In this document: positions 60,514-64,000 of the stretch, piece after piece
Numbering within the stretch: position 1 is the stretch's first letter
How the letters are laid out: each line of letters begins with the position of its first letter
Assembly: GCA_043228905.1 (NCBI GenBank)
Contig: JBHGNT010000002.1
Location: 4,464,001 to 4,528,000, forward strand
Direction of reading: 5' to 3'
From: Azolla caroliniana
Lineage: Eukaryota; Plantae; Polypodiophyta
Length of the DNA: 64,000 nt
The notes under the pieces: model-generated
What the model saw: only the letters and a program-made list of their open reading frames with translations
What the model was told of the DNA's origin: nothing
Database searches by the model: none
Program-made: the position numbers and the translations under genes

Positions 60514-63500
60514 CTGGCCAAGGAAGTGGCCTCCTTGGTCGCTGATTAATTCAATCGGACATCCATACCGGCACCAAATGTTTTCGTACAGGAATTTTGC
60601 TGTGGATGACGCGGTGTTGTCTCTCAGGGCCTTAGCTTCCACCCATTTCGTGCAATAATCCGTTGCCACGATGACATAACGATTACCTGTTCTCATTGCC
60701 GGTGGTTTGAACGGTCCGACAAAATCCAACCCCCACTTCTGGAATGGCTCTAGTGGAAGTACCGGTTGGTGTGGCATCCGTGCTTGCTCCGTAGGCTGGC
60801 CCATTCGTTGGCATAGGTCACATTCCTTAGCATACTTGACGGCGTCTTTTAACGTCGTGGGCCACCATAAGCCGCTCTGCCATACTTTCCTCGCCGTCGC
60901 TTCCCCGGCATAGTGTCCTCCGGCAACCCCACAGTGTGCTTCCCGTAAGATTACTTCTTTCTCGTCACTACGGACTGCCCGTCTCCATATTCCATCTGCT
61001 CCTTTGTGGTAGAGAGTGTCCCGTAACAGACAGAAATTGCGGCTCTGCACCGCTAGTCGTTTCCTCTCGTCCCGGTTCATTTCCTCCGGTGGCAGGCCCG
61101 TGCTTAGGAACTGGTGCATGTTTGTCAGCCATTTATCTTCTGATGCCACCGTGTCATCCGCTGCCGTTTCCGGGGTGATACGGAATAACTCCGCGTCCGG
61201 GAATTCATCCGCTACTCCGTCGCCTGGTTCTCCGGACTCTAACCGGCTTAGATAGTCTGCTACGGCATGCTGGATACCGGGCCGGTGGAAAATCTCGAAT
61301 TCGAACTCCTGCAACAGCAAGGTCCAACGGGCCAACTTACCGGTCAGGGACGCCTTGGAAACTAAGTAGAGGAGCGCCGAGTGATCCACATGGAAGGAGA
61401 ACTTCCTTCCCAATAGGTAGTGACGAAACTTTGTTACACTGTAGATCATGCCCAGGGCCTCCCGTTCCGTCGTTGAATAGTTCTTCTCCGCTTGGGACAG
61501 CTTCCGGCTGGCGTAATATACCGGCCGGTACCATTTAGGCTCCGTAAGTTGCATTAAGGCGCTGCCAATAGCGATGTCGGAAGCGTCCACGAACACATGA
61601 AATTCCTTGCTCCAATCCGGAGGCTGCACGACGGGTGCTTGCGATAAAAGTACCTTCAGGGCATTGTATGCCTTATCCTCCGTATCCGTCCATTGGAACG
61701 GTGTCCGATGTACCGCGGTGTGTAATGGTGTAGCCAAGTCAGCCAAGTGACGGAGCATCCGGCTGTGCCACCGGATCTGTCCTAAGAATCGGCTTAGTGC
61801 TTTGGCCGTTTTCGGCGCCGGTGCCCCTAGTATGGCGTTTACTTTGTCCGGGTCGACCGCAATGCCCTCCTTACTTACAATGTGTCCCAGCAATATTCCA
61901 CTTGAAACCCCAAAGATGCATTTTGCTGGGTTTAAGCTTAGCCGGTATAACCTACACTTTTCAAGGCATAACCGTAGGTGCTGCAAATGGTCTTTTCCCC
62001 GGCTATAGACTGCAAAATCATCCAGGAAAACTTGCATGAAGGCAGGGATATATTCGCCGAAGATCTCCATGATGATTCGCTGGAAAGTTGCTGGTGCCGT
62101 TTTTAGGCCGAACATCATGACTTCGGCCACAAACACCCCCCATTCGGTGACGAACGCTGTCTTCTCCTGGTCGTCGGGGTGCATCCGGATTTGATTGTAT
62201 CCGCTGAAGCCGTCTAAAAAGCTATAAACGTCATGGCCAGCGACGGCATCCAGTACTCCATCCGTGAACGGAAGAGGGAATGCATCCGTAATTGTGGCGG
62301 CATTTAGTTTCCTGTAATCTACACACACACGGATTTTACCGTTCTTCTTTGGGACGACGACGATGGGGCTCAGCCACGTCGCTTTCTTTACCGACCGTAT
62401 GAAGCCCACTCTTAGGAGTTTGTCGATTTCCTCCTTCACTTTGGCGGCGTAGTTGGGGTTCATTCGGTATCGTCTTTGCGCCACTGGTTTCGCGTCCTTG
62501 CCTAAGTGGATCTGATGCTGATATAATTGAGGGTCCAGCCCTCGCATGTCTTCGTATGACCAGGCGAATACGTCGCGAAACTCCGTGAGAAGTTTGATCA
62601 TCGCCGCTTTATCTTCCGGCTTCATTTCTTTGGCGATGTGTACCGGCTTTGATTCGTCCTTGCTTCCTAGGTTCACTTCGTCGAGCTGGGATGCTTTTAC
62701 CCGTTGGGAAACGGCCATTTCCCGTTCCAACGCTTCCTGTGCTTGCCGTAATTCCCGAATCGCATCTTTGTCTGGTTCGGCTTCGGTGTCGTCCCGCTGC
62801 GGCAAGTATGCGGCTACGGCTTCAGCTACGTCTATCTCGAAGAGTGGTACGATCTTCGGATGTTCCTCCAAGTACTGGGCTTCTTCGTCGTCTGCCAATC
62901 CTTCAAGCATGTTCACACATTCCGCATACAGCGGTGTGCATTCCTTACCGTTGCTCGTCCGTGGTTGTGTCGGTACCCGGACCTTGGCTTTTCCGCGCCG
63001 GAAGGTAATCATATTTTTTCGCCAATTTTGCTTGATGTGTGCTGTTTTCAACCATGGTCTGCCCAGCAGCAGTGGGTACGCGCCTTGCGCCTGTAGCTGC
63101 AGCACTACAGCCGAGATGTGAAATGTGTGGCCTCCTATGGTGACTTCCAATTTCCGTATTAAGCCCGTCGGCCGTACAGAGCTCGTATCCGCCATCCGTA
63201 GCCAGAACGGACATGGCTCCCATTCATGTATACCCAAGGCATCACACGTGCGAAGGCTTATTACGTTCACTCCGGAACCTCCATCGATTACTGTGCCAGG
63301 AAGTTCGTGCCCTTTGACAATAGCTGTGATCACCGGACTACTAGTGTCCACCACCGTCGGTCCCTCCTCCGGATTCGAGAAGAGGACTGGTGCCGGTTGG
63401 GCTATACCGTCTGTCATGACCGTTTTTAGTCCTTCTGTGAATCGCGGCACGAGCTGCAAGAGTCTTCCTAATGGTAACGTGATCTGACATTCTTGTAGTG

Positions 63501-63999
63501 CTTGCCATGTCTCGTTTTCTGGGTGGCTACCGCCGGCACTCCCTATGGTCTTCGCCCTTTGCCGTTCCGCGTCCGCGACGTTCCTTTCATTGGCTTCCTT
63601 CACCCATTCCGTCGCCTGTTTTCGTATGGCCTCTTGTGTTTCCCATTCTTTGGCCATGCCTTTCGACCGTGTGGTTACTTGCTGTAAATCCGCCACTTCC
63701 GGAACCACCATATTAACTGCTGGTCGTTTCTCGTAGCTCTTTACCGGGCACTGGTTACTGTAGTGGCCTTCCTGCCTGCAGTAGTAGCAGTACTCTTTAC
63801 GGGTATTGCTGGATTCAGCATTGCTGGTAGCCGGAGTCGGTCCCGTAGCGAGTGGTGCGTTCTGTGCCGGTTGGCTCCTTGGGGTTCCATGTTCCGGGTC
63901 CCTAGGGTGACCACCTTTCTTGAAATTACGTTTCTTATTATTCTTATGTTTATTTCGGTAGTCCGGTCGTGGTGGATCGTAAAATCGGCCGTAGTCCTC
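60514..63999 (-). CDS. Gag end, protease, RT, RNase H and integrase N-half of element D
   Basis: CYYCRQEGHYSNQC in frame upstream of 63711; VIDGGSGVN; LDGFSGYNQ, FLDD; DASDIAIG; HHCC; WGLDF...SDQG. Confidence 0.95.
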
Positions 64000-64000
64000 C

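Larger units (their letters stand above)
49164..64000 (-). mobile_element. Ty3/Gypsy non-chromovirus D (Athila/Tat-like) with an extra 3' ORF; runs off the window end; interrupted by element E
   Basis: Single gag-pol frame from the window end; integrase split at the CTGGC TSD; extra ORF; probable 3' LTR 49164-49567 (termini TGTCACGG / CCGTGGGACA). Confidence 0.9.

Overview
Eukaryotic, transposon-dominated plant DNA, probably a non-seed land plant such as a fern or lycophyte (inferred from the element lineages). One clear host gene: a 5-exon ILR1-like M20D amidohydrolase on the minus strand (16940-22823). The rest is a stack of nested elements: five Ty3/Gypsy elements (a tRNA-Trp-primed element at 1-5577, two self-priming Tcn1/Tf1-like chromoviruses, a large non-chromovirus with an extra ~1000-codon ORF, and a very young chromovirus nested in its integrase), two Ty1/Copia elements plus orphan LTRs, a near-intact full-length LINE, several LINE fragments and a decayed MULE transposase. 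The most unusual signals are non-coding: (i) tRNA-like Pol III A/B-box modules in LTRs of unrelated Gypsy families and as a convergent pair in microsatellites, (ii) a 5-copy ~56-nt hairpin array in a probable leader intron of the youngest element, (iii) a -1 frameshift signal (G GAU UUU plus a predicted pseudoknot) placed between protease and RT, and (iv) heat-shock element arrays in both self-priming LTRs. All structures were read by eye; no database search or folding program was run.
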